Notes under the pieces: model-generated
What the model saw: only the letters and a program-made list of their open reading frames with translations
Told to the model about the DNA's origin: nothing
Databases searched by the model: none
Shown: piece by piece, positions 1-9,765 of the stretch
Numbering within the stretch: the first letter of the stretch is position 1
Layout: each line of letters opens with the position of its first letter
Program-made: the position numbers and the translations under genes
Sequence record: SRR20825019_1196
DNA length: 33,958 bases
Strand: one strand, 5' to 3'

Positions 1-1413
1 GGTCTTGTCGACGACCAGCACATCGACCTTGGAAAAGCGTTCCAGCGCTTCCGCGTCGCGGATCAGCACGCCGGCATTCGCGCCGCGCCCGGTGGCGACC
101 ATGATCGACATCGGCGTCGCAAGCCCCAGTGCGCAGGGGCAGGCGATAATCAGCACCGAAACCGCCGCGACGAAGGCATAGGAAAGGGCAGGCGAGGGGC
201 CGAATGCCAGCCAGGCCAGAAAGGCTGTTGCCGCGACCGCGACGACGGCCGGCACGAAATAGGCCGCCACCCGGTCCGCCATCGCCTGGATCGGCGCGCG
301 GGACCGCTGGGCCTTGGAGACCATGTCAACGATCCGGGAAAGCGTCGTCTCCGCGCCGACGCTTTCGGCGCGCATCAGGAAGCTGCCGTTCTTGTTGAGC
401 GTGCCGCCGGTCACCGGCTCGCCCTCGCTCTTTTCAACCGGGACCGGCTCGCCGGTAATCATGCTTTCATCGACGGAGGAATGCCCTTCGGTGACGACGC
501 CATCGACAGGCACGCTCTCGCCGGGGCGTACGCGCAGCACATCGCCCGCCTGCAGCGTCTCGACGGGCACGTCCTCCTCGCCGCTGTCGGTGACCTTGCG
601 CGCGGTCTTGGGCGCGAGATCCAGCAGCGCCCGGATCGCATCGCCGGTGCGTTCGCGCGCCGCAAGCTCCATCACCTGGCCGATCAGCACCAGCACTAGA
701 ATGACGGCGGCGGCTTCAAAATAGACCGGCGCCATGCCCATGGCGTCTCGCATTGCCGCGGGAAACAACCCGGGCGCGACAAGGGAGACGACGGAGAAAA
801 CATAGGCGGCGCCGGTTCCGAGCGCGATCAGGGTCCACATATTGGGACTTGTGTTGACGATCGACGACCAGCCGCGCCGGAAGAACGGCCAGCAGATCAC
901 CATAACGGGCGTCGCCAGCGCGAATTGCAGCCAGCCGAACAGCGTGTGGCCGAGCCAGGCCTCGAAGGGCAGACCCAGATGGCTGCCCATTTCGAGAACG
1001 AAGACGGCGAGCGCCAGCGGCGCGGCAATCATCAATCTGCGCTTGAAATCGACATATTCAGGATTGGGTCCGGCATCGGCGGAAGGCGTCATGGGCTCCA
1101 GCGCCATACCGCATTTCGGGCAATTGCCGGGGTGATCCTGAACCACCTCTGGATGCATCGGGCAGGTATAGAGCGTGCCCTCCGGCTGGGCTTCGGCCTC
1201 GGCAGGCCCGGCGGCGTAGCGCTCCGGATCCGCCTCGAACTTTGTCTGGCAGCCGCCGGAGCAGAAGTAATGCTGTTCGCCGCCGTGCCTGACCATGTGG
1301 CTGGCGCTGGCGCGGTCGACGGCCATGCCGCAGACCGGATCGCGCGTCACGGTCCCGCCCGCAGTATGTCCGCCATGGCCGGAGCCGGACGCATGACTGT
1401 GCGAATGCTGCAT
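1..1413 (-). CDS. copA: Cu(I)/Ag(I)-translocating P1B-type ATPase (CopA/ActP/SilP-like), 5' part; 3' end lies outside the window
   Basis: Manual translation from the ATG at 1413 (RBS AAGGAG): His-rich start [19 protein letters not shown] domain (RDPVCGM...HYFCSGGC), YTCPMHP...[10 protein letters not shown] domain, IIACPCAL motif, and VVDKT at the window edge. Missing from the ORF track because the stop is outside the window. Confidence 0.95.
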   Translation of the reverse strand, partial: MQHSHSHASGSGHGGHTAGGTVTRDPVCGMAVDRASASHMVRHGGEQHYFCSGGCQTKFEADPERYAAGPAEAEAQPEGTLYTCPMHPEVVQDHPGNCPKCGMALEPMTPSADAGPNPEYVDFKRRLMIAAPLALAVFVLEMGSHLGLPFEAWLGHTLFGWLQFALATPVMVICWPFFRRGWSSIVNTSPNMWTLIALGTGAAYVFSVVSLVAPGLFPAAMRDAMGMAPVYFEAAAVILVLVLIGQVMELAARERTGDAIRALLDLAPKTARKVTDSGEEDVPVETLQAGDVLRVRPGESVPVDGVVTEGHSSVDESMITGEPVPVEKSEGEPVTGGTLNKNGSFLMRAESVGAETTLSRIVDMVSKAQRSRAPIQAMADRVAAYFVPAVVAVAATAFLAWLAFGPSPALSYAFVAAVSVLIIACPCALGLATPMSIMVATGRGANAGVLIRDAEALERFSKVDVLVVDKT

Positions 1414-1444
1414 TTGAAGCCTCCTTACAATGTCCATCGTCCAT

Positions 1445-1475
1445 CATATGGACCTTCCGGCAACTGGAAGGTCAA
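1445..1475 (-). promoter_or_regulatory. CueR-type MerR promoter/operator for copA
   Basis: Minus strand reads TTGACC-19 bp-CATATG. The dyad ACCTTCC-N7-GGAAGGT (1452-1472) matches the classic CueR box. Confidence 0.9.
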
Positions 1476-1724
1476 GGCTGGACATCTCAGGTTTTTGATG
1501 GTGGCAAGAATGTGCGCGAAACCGCATCAACATTCGAGAGAGCGGGAGAGGCGAAGATATAAGAATCTCATATGAAAAGCGCGCGTTTTGCGATCGAATT
1601 GGAGCTGGAAGACGCGCTCGCCGCGAGCGTTGTCTTAGCGACTGACGGTCGCCAATATCTCGGTCCGTGCGGTCACGCCCTCCCGTCAACCAGGTGAAAG
1701 CTGCAGCAGAAGTTTAATCTCCTG

Positions 1725-2129
1725 TCAGGCCGGCGATAACGCCTCGATGATCCGGCACTCGGCGATCGTGCCGCAGCCGCATTGATCAAGGATGCTACCG
1801 AGTTCGCGTCGCAAGGCCTGCAGGTCGGCGATCTTGCGATCCACCTCAGTCAGATGCGCGCAGGCGATCGCGTCGACAGCTTCGCATGATCGGCCGCGTT
1901 GATCGGAAAGACTGAGCAGATCGCGCACCTGCTCGATAGTGAAACCAAGGTCCCGCGCCCGGCGGATGAAGCTGAGGCGGCCGAGATGCGCCGCCGAATA
2001 GCTGCGATAATTGCCGGCCGTGCGTTCCGGCTCCGGCAGCAGGCCGATCCGCTCGTAGTAACGGATGGTGACCACCTTCGTTTCCGTGGCCTTTGCGAGA
2101 TCGCCGATCGAGAAGTTTTCGTGCGCCAT
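1725..2129 (-). CDS. MerR-family divalent metal regulator (CadR/PbrR/ZntR-like), 134 aa
   Basis: Real start is MAHENFSIGDLAK, within the tail of the 507-aa track ORF. Has the HTH TIRYYERIGLL, the Cys in SCEAVD typical of divalent-ion sensors, and C-terminal QCGCGTIAECRIIEAL. Confidence 0.93.
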   Translation of the reverse strand: MAHENFSIGDLAKATETKVVTIRYYERIGLLPEPERTAGNYRSYSAAHLGRLSFIRRARDLGFTIEQVRDLLSLSDQRGRSCEAVDAIACAHLTEVDRKIADLQALRRELGSILDQCGCGTIAECRIIEALSPA

Positions 2130-2133
2130 GGTC

Positions 2134-2164
2134 TTGACCCTATAGTTGCTACAGGGTGCATATA
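2134..2164 (+). promoter_or_regulatory. CadR/PbrR-type promoter/operator for the Zn/Cd ATPase
   Basis: TTGACC-19 bp-CATATA with the dyad ACCCTATAG-ttg-CTACAGGGT. Confidence 0.9.
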
Positions 2165-2195
2165 GGGTGTCGCATCGAACACGTCGAGGTGACAC

Positions 2196-4439
2196 ATGGC
2201 AGCCGAAGTTAACACAGCGCTCAAACTCCTCGTCGAAGGTATGGACTGCGGCGCCTGCGCGATCAAGATCGAGAACGGGCTGAAGCGCCTGCCGGGCGTC
2301 TCCGAGATCAACGTGAATTATGGGCTGGAGACGCTGTCCCTCGTCCTCGATGAGGACCGCACGTCCCGTGGCTCCGTAGAGGATCGTATCCGCTCGCTTG
2401 GTTACATGCCGCGTTCGATGCCGGGTGAAGGGGCCAATGCGGGAAAGACCTCCGCAGGGGAACGTGGCGTTTCCGACCGGGTTTGGTGGCAAACACGGAA
2501 AGGCCAACTCGTCATCGGCGCCGGCGTTTTGCTGGGTCTCGCTTTTATCATCGCGACGGTTGCGCCCGCGATCGCCGAATGGGCCTATCTGGCGGCGGCG
2601 ATGCTCGGGGTCTTGCCGATCCTCCGGCGCGCAATCTCCGGTGCCCGGCATGGCACGCCGTTCAGCATAGAAACGCTGATGTCGGTCGCCGCGATTGGTG
2701 CGGTCGCGATCGGCGAGAGCGCGGAAGCCGCGATCGTCGTCTTCCTCTTCGCGGTCGGAGAAATTCTCGAGAATGTCGCCGCGGGTCGGGCGCGTGCCGG
2801 CATCGAGTCGCTGATGAACCTCGTTCCACGCGTGGCGCGCCGCGAACGCGACGGCGCGGTGACGGAGGTGCCCGCCGATGAACTCGCTATCGACGACATC
2901 GTCTTGATCCGTCCGGGCGACCGCGTGCCGTCTGACGGAGAGGTGATCGATGGCAGCTCCGAACTGGACGAGGCGCCGGTCACCGGCGAGTCCGTGCCGG
3001 TGTTGAAGGAGGCGGGCAGCGCCGTCTATGCCGGCAGCATCAACGCCAATGGCGTGCTTCGGGTGCGCATCACCCGAACAGCCGCCGACAACACGATTGC
3101 CCGCATCATCCATCTGGTCGAGGAAGCTCAAGGCTCGAAGGCGCCGACGGCGCGCTTCATAGACCGCTTCAGCGCCTACTACACGCCCGCCGCCATGGCG
3201 GTATCCGCTCTTGTCATGGTCGTGCCCCCGCTGCTCTTTGGTGCGCAATGGTCGACCTGGATCTATCGCGGACTGGCGACACTACTCATCGCCTGCCCGT
3301 GCGCGCTGGTCATCTCCACACCGGCGGCAATCGCCTCGGGGCTCGCCGCCGGGGCACGGCACGGGCTCCTGGTCAAGGGCGGCGCGGCGCTGGAAACGCT
3401 TGGCAAGGTGCGCACCGTCGCCTTCGACAAGACGGGCACGTTGACGGTCGGACGGCCGCGCGTGACCGACATCATGGTCCTCGAGGGTGACGATGCGGAA
3501 CTGCTGGCGAAAGCGGCAGCGGTCGAGGGCGGTTCCAGCCACCCGCTTGGCGAGGCGATTGTCGAGGAGGCCGAACAGCGCGGTCTCGAACTGCCGAAGA
3601 TGTTCGGTGGCGCGATGGCGATCCCTGGCAAAGCCGTCACCGCGCGGCTGCGTGAGGGGTTCGTCTCCGTCGGCTCGCCGCGCTACGCCGCAGAGCAGGG
3701 CGAACTTTCGCCGGAACTCAGTTCAAGGCTTGAAACCCTGGAGGCAGAGGGCAAAACAGCCGTGGTCGTACTGTCCAGCAAGCGACCCATAGGTGTCATC
3801 GCACTGCGCGACGAGCCGCGCGCGGATGCCGCGACCGGAGTTGCGCGCCTCAATGCCCTCGGTATCCGCACAGTGATGTTGACGGGCGACAACCAGCGCA
3901 CCGCCGATGCGATCGCCCAAGGCCTCGGTCTTGAGGCCAAGGCGGAGCTGTTGCCAGACGCCAAGCTCGCCGAGATAGCCAAGCTGCGCGAGCACGGCGG
4001 CATCGCCATGGTCGGCGACGGTATCAATGACGCCCCGGCGCTTGCGGCGTCCTCGGTCGGCATTGCCATGGGCGGTGGTACCGACGTTGCTCTGGAGACT
4101 GCCGATGCCGCCTTGCTCAAGAACCGTGTGATGGGCGTCGCTGAACTGGTCGGATTGTCGCGCGCCACGCTCGGCAACATCCGGCAGAACATTGCGCTGG
4201 CGCTCGGGCTGAAAGCGGTCTTCCTGATCACGACCCTGACCGGCGTGACGACGTTGTGGATGGCGATCCTGGCCGACACCGGCGCCACCGTGCTCGTCAC
4301 CATGAATGCCCTGCGTTTGCTGCGCTTTCGCGGCGAGGACGCGCCCGAGGGAGCATCTGGGGATAAGCTGAACAGGAGCGCCGCCGTCAACGCGCACGTT
4401 CCCAGTCAGGAACTGCACCAAACGGGGCATGGCACATGA
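2196..4439 (+). CDS. zntA: Zn/Cd/Pb-translocating P1B-2 ATPase (ZntA/CadA)
   Basis: GMDCGAC HMA domain, TGES, IACPCAL, DKTGT, SSHP, GDGINDAP, transmembrane Lys (LGLKAVF) and ADTG typical of P1B-2. Confidence 0.95.
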   Translation: MAAEVNTALKLLVEGMDCGACAIKIENGLKRLPGVSEINVNYGLETLSLVLDEDRTSRGSVEDRIRSLGYMPRSMPGEGANAGKTSAGERGVSDRVWWQTRKGQLVIGAGVLLGLAFIIATVAPAIAEWAYLAAAMLGVLPILRRAISGARHGTPFSIETLMSVAAIGAVAIGESAEAAIVVFLFAVGEILENVAAGRARAGIESLMNLVPRVARRERDGAVTEVPADELAIDDIVLIRPGDRVPSDGEVIDGSSELDEAPVTGESVPVLKEAGSAVYAGSINANGVLRVRITRTAADNTIARIIHLVEEAQGSKAPTARFIDRFSAYYTPAAMAVSALVMVVPPLLFGAQWSTWIYRGLATLLIACPCALVISTPAAIASGLAAGARHGLLVKGGAALETLGKVRTVAFDKTGTLTVGRPRVTDIMVLEGDDAELLAKAAAVEGGSSHPLGEAIVEEAEQRGLELPKMFGGAMAIPGKAVTARLREGFVSVGSPRYAAEQGELSPELSSRLETLEAEGKTAVVVLSSKRPIGVIALRDEPRADAATGVARLNALGIRTVMLTGDNQRTADAIAQGLGLEAKAELLPDAKLAEIAKLREHGGIAMVGDGINDAPALAASSVGIAMGGGTDVALETADAALLKNRVMGVAELVGLSRATLGNIRQNIALALGLKAVFLITTLTGVTTLWMAILADTGATVLVTMNALRLLRFRGEDAPEGASGDKLNRSAAVNAHVPSQELHQTGHGT

Positions 4440-4579
4440 GCGAGCGCCGGAAGCTCCTGAAACGAGCGCGCCGGGTCGAGATCGGCAGTTTCACCTGTAA
4501 CGCTCCCGGAGTCGCAATCTCGCTGACGGCGGGTTTCCTCTCGGGGCGGCTATATGGGCGTGCGTTTTCCTGTCGCTGA
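4436..4579 (+). pseudogene. Truncated N-terminal remnant of a cation efflux (CDF-like) transporter
   Basis: ATGA overlap with the ATPase stop. The 47-aa product MSERRKLLKRARRVEIGSFTCNAPGVAISLTAGFLSG... resembles the first helices of small CDF-like cation transporters, then loses similarity. Confidence 0.5.
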
Positions 4580-4606
4580 AACACGAAACCGGTCTATCTA
4601 TTCTCT

Positions 4607-6271
4607 TTAATGATTTTTGTGAACATCAGGTATTGCACCGTCCGCTGACTGCGAAATGCTATGGCCGCTGTCTTTAAGCCGGGTTTTGGCGAGCCGCCCA
4701 CTGCGCTCCAGGACAGCATAGCCGATGGTGGCGAACTTGCTGTTGACTTCCTTCAAAGCGGCGATTGTCTCAAGATGTTCATCACTTGAAGCAAGGCTGG
4801 CAAGGTTTCCGCTGCGCAGCCGTGCGAGATGTCTCCCGCGGCTTCCAGCCTCAAGGCTTGCGACATTCTGTTTTTGAAGGACGAGCCGTTCGGCAGTCGC
4901 CGCATCCCCCGTCCATGCTGCATCATGCGCGATAAGTATCGTTTCATGCACCGCTTCGACCAGGTCCGCGATCTCCGCCTGCCCCTCGTCAGAAAAGCGG
5001 GCTCCCGATTGCATCTGGGCGAGGTGCAGCCGGTGGAGTTTGCCGGACAACACGTCCCCACAGCGCTCCACACGTATTGCAAAGTCAAGGATTTGCTCCA
5101 TATCCGTCATCGCTTTGGCGTCGGCGCCGGGATAATGGGCATATACGTCACGGATTGCGGCAAGACCTGCATTCATGCGGGTCTCGAGCGCCTGCATCGT
5201 TGTCACTTCGGACTTTCTTGACGTCACTTCGTTCAGCATCGAGGTCGCGATGTCGAGCATATCCGAGAGCATGCGTTTCAGTGCCGGCAACGCCAATCCG
5301 ATATCGCTTGTGGCTTTCGGTGGCAGCAACGAGGAGCTCGCATTGTCACCAGATCGCTGTTCGAAAACACGGCAAAGTCGCGCGCAGCCCGGGGACAGAA
5401 ACAGAAGCGCGAAATTGAAGATCAGATGGCCTGCGAGCATGGTTTCATCGGCGGGCAGCACGATGACTGCATCGATGCGGTTCTTCAGAATGGCGAGAAG
5501 GGCGACGAGCACGATGGCAAGGCCCGTCCGTAGTATCGCGACCACGGCGGCGACGGCTCGGGCGCCTGCGGCCTCGCCCTGCAGCAACCACAGCGGCAGC
5601 AATGCGCTGCCGATATTGCATCCGAGAACGAAGCCAAGCGCTGCTGCCGGCGCGAAGGCCGCGTGGGCCGCGAAGGCAATGGCTGTCAGGACCGCGGCAA
5701 CGCTCGAATGCATCACGAATGTCAGCACTACGCCGGCAATCACCGCAGTGATGACATCTTTGTTCAGGTAGCCAACCAGCGCTGCAGTTCCCTCCATCGC
5801 ACTGATCGGTTCCACAGTGTTGCGGATGATCGAAAGCGAAAGAAAGACGAGACCCAGCCCCAGCAAGACGCGACCCAGATTGCGCAACTGCGGGTTATTG
5901 GCCCTCAGATAGGCCGTCGCGCCCACGAGAATCGCAAACGGGCCGAGTGCGGAAACCGGCAACTGCAGAAAACGCACAGCAAGTGCCGATCCCATGTCTG
6001 CGCCAAGCGCAAGCACCGTCGCGGAAACAAGCGGTATCGCGCCAGTGCCCGCAAGACCCGCCGCCATCAGCATGACCACTGTCGCCCCTTGCATGACGAA
6101 ACCAAGTCCTGCCCCCTTGATGAGGTTGCCGCCGATTGACGACGTCTCACTGAGTCCTTGTCGAATCTGGGCGCTCCACAGGCGTTCGATACCGATCCGC
6201 ATAAAGCGCACCGAAAACAGCAGAAGCATTGCGCCGCTCATCAACTGGATCAGGAATTCGAGAATCGTCAC
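4607..6271 (-). CDS. Na/Pi cotransporter family protein (YjbB/NptA-like) with PhoU-like C-terminal domains
   Basis: 554 aa. Duplicated QG/HSS...LGADMGS / LGCNIGS repeats in the hydrophobic half and a helical C-terminal part (RVERCGD, RHLARL). GTG start with GGGAGAG RBS. Confidence 0.92.
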   Translation of the reverse strand: MTILEFLIQLMSGAMLLLFSVRFMRIGIERLWSAQIRQGLSETSSIGGNLIKGAGLGFVMQGATVVMLMAAGLAGTGAIPLVSATVLALGADMGSALAVRFLQLPVSALGPFAILVGATAYLRANNPQLRNLGRVLLGLGLVFLSLSIIRNTVEPISAMEGTAALVGYLNKDVITAVIAGVVLTFVMHSSVAAVLTAIAFAAHAAFAPAAALGFVLGCNIGSALLPLWLLQGEAAGARAVAAVVAILRTGLAIVLVALLAILKNRIDAVIVLPADETMLAGHLIFNFALLFLSPGCARLCRVFEQRSGDNASSSLLPPKATSDIGLALPALKRMLSDMLDIATSMLNEVTSRKSEVTTMQALETRMNAGLAAIRDVYAHYPGADAKAMTDMEQILDFAIRVERCGDVLSGKLHRLHLAQMQSGARFSDEGQAEIADLVEAVHETILIAHDAAWTGDAATAERLVLQKQNVASLEAGSRGRHLARLRSGNLASLASSDEHLETIAALKEVNSKFATIGYAVLERSGRLAKTRLKDSGHSISQSADGAIPDVHKNH

Positions 6272-6310
6272 GTTTCACTCTCCCGCGCAGTACATATCGC
6301 CAACAGCGCA

Positions 6311-6330
6311 AATGATCGAGTTCGATCATT
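6311..6330. promoter_or_regulatory. Palindromic operator, probably bound by the DeoR regulator
   Basis: AATGATCGA-gt-TCGATCATT, with perfect 9-bp arms, about 40 bp upstream of the Na/Pi gene. Confidence 0.65.
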
Positions 6331-6420
6331 CCAATTAGGGTTGCGCATGAAATTGGCACTGGTCGCTCAGAATATCCGAAAATATCCGCGTCAAATTGAA
6401 GATAAACTTGCGATTATCGA

Positions 6421-6465
6421 TTGACAAGATCGTTTTCAATCGTACTGTGATCGAAAGTGATCATT
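6421..6465 (+). promoter_or_regulatory. Sigma70-type promoter of the deoR-ABC operon with an overlapping operator
   Basis: TTGACA (6421-6426), 16 bp, TACTGT. TGATC-N6-GATCA at 6448-6463 has the same form as the 6311 palindrome. Confidence 0.65.
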
Positions 6466-6476
6466 GAGAAGATGAT

Positions 6477-7283
6477 ATGAGCGTTGAATTTGATACCGAC
6501 GACGACGAAAGCGGCTTCCGTTCCGCCGCCCAACGCCAGGCCCGCCTGCTCGAGAAGCTGCGATCTGACCTCTATCTAGATGCAAATGCGCTGAAGGACG
6601 CATTGGGAGTTTCCATCGCCACGATCCGGCGCGATCTCAGCGAGCTTGAAAGCCGTGGGCATCTCAAACGCACACATGGCGGCGCAACGGTCATCAATCA
6701 GGTAACCCGTGACTATGTCGCATCGGTGCGTGAAACCACAAACTCGGAGGAAAAGGGGCGGATTGCGGAGGCGGCGGCCGAACTGATTGTCGAGGGCGAT
6801 GCCGTGATGATCGACAGCGGTACGACCTCACTGAGGGTGGCGCGGCTTCTGGCTTCCAACTCGTCGCTCACCTTTGTCACCAATGGCAGTGATGTCCTTG
6901 CAACGCTGGTCGCCGGCGGCGCCCGCAACGTCCATATGATCGGCGGGGAGTATATCGACATCAACCATTCGCTCGGCGGCCCGATGGCAGCGCAAATGGT
7001 GCGATCCTTCCATGTCGACAAGTGCATTCTGAGCGTTTCGGCCGTTGATCTGGAGCGCCGGATCCTATGCACGCTGAACCCGCAGATCGGTTGTGTGCAG
7101 CAGGCGATGATCGATATGTCGCAGACCTCTATCGTGGTCGCGGATCATTCCAAGTTCGACCGGGCGGCACTCTCGGTCATCGCATCCGAAGACCGGATCG
7201 ACCATTTCGTTACCGACGAGGCCACCCGGCCTGTGGTCGCCAAGGCAAGCCCGGACATCAGAAAGAAGTTTATTTTCGCCTGA
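6477..7283 (+). CDS. DeoR/GlpR-family transcriptional regulator
   Basis: VSIATIRRDLSELE...KRTHGGA HTH, IDSGTT and VVADHSKF motifs. Confidence 0.95.
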   Translation: MSVEFDTDDDESGFRSAAQRQARLLEKLRSDLYLDANALKDALGVSIATIRRDLSELESRGHLKRTHGGATVINQVTRDYVASVRETTNSEEKGRIAEAAAELIVEGDAVMIDSGTTSLRVARLLASNSSLTFVTNGSDVLATLVAGGARNVHMIGGEYIDINHSLGGPMAAQMVRSFHVDKCILSVSAVDLERRILCTLNPQIGCVQQAMIDMSQTSIVVADHSKFDRAALSVIASEDRIDHFVTDEATRPVVAKASPDIRKKFIFA

Positions 7284-7303
7284 GGCGGAAAAGGGGAGGA
7301 AAC

Positions 7304-8353
7304 ATGTCCGCCATCAAAGTGGAGAGCCTGGTCAAGAACTGGGGTTCGTTCGTAGCCGTTGACAATGTCAGCTTCGAAACCGGCGACGCCGAGTTTGTGG
7401 CGCTCCTCGGCCCGTCGGGCTGCGGGAAATCGACAACGCTGCGGCTGATCGCCGGGCTTGAACAGACCAGCAGCGGCCGGATCACCATCAAGGGGCGCGA
7501 TGTCACCCATGCGCCCTCGGCCAGACGGAACCTGTCGATGGTGTTCCAGTCCTATGCGCTTTTCCCGCATTTGACCGTCGCTGACAACATCACCTTTGGG
7601 CTTTCGGTGCGGCGTGTTCCCCGTGCCGAAAGGCAGGAGCGACTGAAGGAGACCGTCGAGATTCTCGGCCTCAGCCATCTGCTTGACCGCAAGCCGAGCC
7701 AGCTTTCCGGCGGTCAGCAGCAACGCGTCGCGCTTGGCCGGGCGCTCATTTCGCGAACGCCCGTGTGCCTCCTCGACGAACCCCTTTCCAATCTCGATGC
7801 AAAGCTGCGGGCCGAAATGCGCAACGAGATCCGCTCGCTGCAGCGCCGGCTTGGCATCACGATGATCTTCGTGACCCACGATCAGTCGGAGGCCATGAGC
7901 ATGGCCGACCGCGTCATCCTGATGCGGGAAGGCCGTATGGAACAGTCGGGAACGCCTGACGCTCTTTACGAACGGCCGGTCACGACCTTTGTTGCAAGCT
8001 TCATCGGCACGCCACCGATGAACCTGATCGACCTTGACGCCCGAAATGCGCACAAGCTTGTCGATCCCGCAATGACAGGCGCTCCTACGGGACTGACGCT
8101 CGGCGTTCGCCCGGAACATATGGCGATCGGCGATCAGGGCCACCCGGCCCGTGTGGTCAACACCGAGTATTTTGGCGCCGATTCCGTTGTCACATGCACG
8201 ATCGCCGATCAAACCGCGCTGGTGCGCGTGCCCGGCCATGCGCGATATGCCGAAAACGAGACGGTGCACATTTCATGGCCGCGGGAGGCGGTACATCTGT
8301 TCGACACGATATCCGGCAAGTGCGTCGAAAACGCCGTTGCCGAAAGCGCCTGA
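7304..8353 (+). CDS. ABC transporter ATP-binding protein (UgpC/MalK-like)
   Basis: GPSGCGKST, LSGGQQQRVA and LLDEPLSNLDAKLR motifs plus TOBE tail. Start at ATG 7304 after GGGGAGG. Confidence 0.95.
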   Translation: MSAIKVESLVKNWGSFVAVDNVSFETGDAEFVALLGPSGCGKSTTLRLIAGLEQTSSGRITIKGRDVTHAPSARRNLSMVFQSYALFPHLTVADNITFGLSVRRVPRAERQERLKETVEILGLSHLLDRKPSQLSGGQQQRVALGRALISRTPVCLLDEPLSNLDAKLRAEMRNEIRSLQRRLGITMIFVTHDQSEAMSMADRVILMREGRMEQSGTPDALYERPVTTFVASFIGTPPMNLIDLDARNAHKLVDPAMTGAPTGLTLGVRPEHMAIGDQGHPARVVNTEYFGADSVVTCTIADQTALVRVPGHARYAENETVHISWPREAVHLFDTISGKCVENAVAESA

Positions 8354-8389
8354 ATAGGGCGTCAACGGACTTTCAAGGGAGGAGAAAGC

Positions 8390-9673
8390 ATGAAAACCAT
8401 CAATAGATATATCGCGGCCACAATGATTGCCGGCGTCTCGTCGATAGCACTGGCGAGCGGCGCGAGCGCCCAGACCGAAGTCGATTTCTATTACCCCGTT
8501 CAGGTCGGCGGCCCGCTGACCAAGGTGATCGACGGCTATGTCGCTCGCTTCGAGGAGGAGCATCCCGAAATCGATATCGTTCCAGTCTATTCCGGTAATT
8601 ACAACGACACGACCACGAAATCGCTGACGGCGGCGCGCAGCGGCAACGCGCCCGCTGTGGCGGTGCTGCTTGCCACCGACATCTTCACTTTGATTGACGA
8701 GGATGTGATCGTGCCGATCGACACCTTCGTCACCGCCGAAGATCAGGCCTGGGTCGACGGCTTCATGCCGGCCTTCCTGGCGAGCGCCGAGACCGACGGT
8801 CATCTTTGGGCGGTTCCGTTCCAGCGTTCGACCGCTGTACTCTACTGGAACAAGGAAGCCTTCGAAAAGGCCGGGCTTGATCCCGAAAAAAATCCGGAAA
8901 CCTGGGATGAGATGGTCGAATACGGCAAGGCCATCGTCGAGGCCGGCGAACCCGGTCAATGGGGCGTCGGCATTCCGGGCAATATCGGCTCCGCGCAATG
9001 GCTGTTCGGCGCGCTGGCTGCGCAGAATGGCGCAAGGCTTGCAAACGAGGATGGCACCGAAACTTATCTGACGGACCCGAACGTCGTCGAGGCGTTGCAA
9101 TTCTGGGTCGACCTCAGCGAGAAGTACGGCGTTCACCCCGACGGCATCCAGGAATGGGGAACCACCCCCTCGGATTTCCTGGAGGGCAGGCTGGCGATGA
9201 TCTGGACGTCCACCGGCAACCTGACCAATCTGCGCAACAGTGCCACCTTCGATTTCGGGCTTGCTCCCTATCCGGGCAATCCGGAGCCTGCCTCGGTGCT
9301 GGGCGGGGGCAATCTCTATATCTTCAAGGATGTGAGCGAGCAGCAGCAGCAGGCTGCTTTCGAGTTCGTCAAGTTCCTGACCTCGGATGAAATCCTTGCC
9401 GACTGGAGCATCCAGACCGGTTACGTCGCGCCGCGCGACGGGTCGTGGGAGACGGACGCCTTGATGACCTACACCGAAGAGGTTCCAGCCGCACTGGTTG
9501 CCCGCGACCAGATCCCGGTTTCGGTTCCGGAATTCTCCACCCATGAGAATGCCCGCACGACCAAGGTGCTGAACGACGCGCTATCGGCCGCCCTGACCGG
9601 CGCCAAGACGCCCGAGCAGGCGCTCAGTGATGCCCAGACGGAAATCGACCGTATCCTGAAGCCCTACCGGTAG
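8390..9673 (+). CDS. ABC transporter substrate-binding protein (UgpB-like, CUT1)
   Basis: Signal peptide ending ASA-Q; PFQRSTAVLYWNKEAF, PETWDEM and LGGGNLYIF motifs. Confidence 0.92.
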   Translation: MKTINRYIAATMIAGVSSIALASGASAQTEVDFYYPVQVGGPLTKVIDGYVARFEEEHPEIDIVPVYSGNYNDTTTKSLTAARSGNAPAVAVLLATDIFTLIDEDVIVPIDTFVTAEDQAWVDGFMPAFLASAETDGHLWAVPFQRSTAVLYWNKEAFEKAGLDPEKNPETWDEMVEYGKAIVEAGEPGQWGVGIPGNIGSAQWLFGALAAQNGARLANEDGTETYLTDPNVVEALQFWVDLSEKYGVHPDGIQEWGTTPSDFLEGRLAMIWTSTGNLTNLRNSATFDFGLAPYPGNPEPASVLGGGNLYIFKDVSEQQQQAAFEFVKFLTSDEILADWSIQTGYVAPRDGSWETDALMTYTEEVPAALVARDQIPVSVPEFSTHENARTTKVLNDALSAALTGAKTPEQALSDAQTEIDRILKPYR

Positions 9674-9684
9674 AGCATCTCGCA

Positions 9685-9720
9685 GTCGGGTGGAATCATC
9701 CGACGTCCGCGAAAGCGCGG
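9685..9720 (+). other. Tandem intercistronic hairpins after the binding-protein gene
   Basis: GTCGGGTG-gaat-CATCCGAC and CCGCG-aaag-CGCGG with no U tract. Likely an mRNA-stabilising or attenuating structure. Confidence 0.45.
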
Positions 9721-9765
9721 CAAAAGGAATGGATAGAGTCGGACGGCAGGGACTGGGAGGTGAAG

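Noticed and set aside
1693-1705. 13-bp GGTGAAAGCTGCA shared (inverted) with about 18345-18357
   Set aside because: The match does not extend, and the second copy lies inside a decayed coding remnant; likely chance.
1725-3248. 507-aa minus-strand ORF
   Set aside because: Only the last 134 aa are a MerR protein. The rest is an antisense shadow of the ATPase, common in high-GC DNA.
7067-7303. N-terminal extensions in track ORFs (7067, 10533, 14375, 16038, 19737, 25541)
   Set aside because: Downstream starts fit better with RBS position, gene overlaps, signal peptides or family length.
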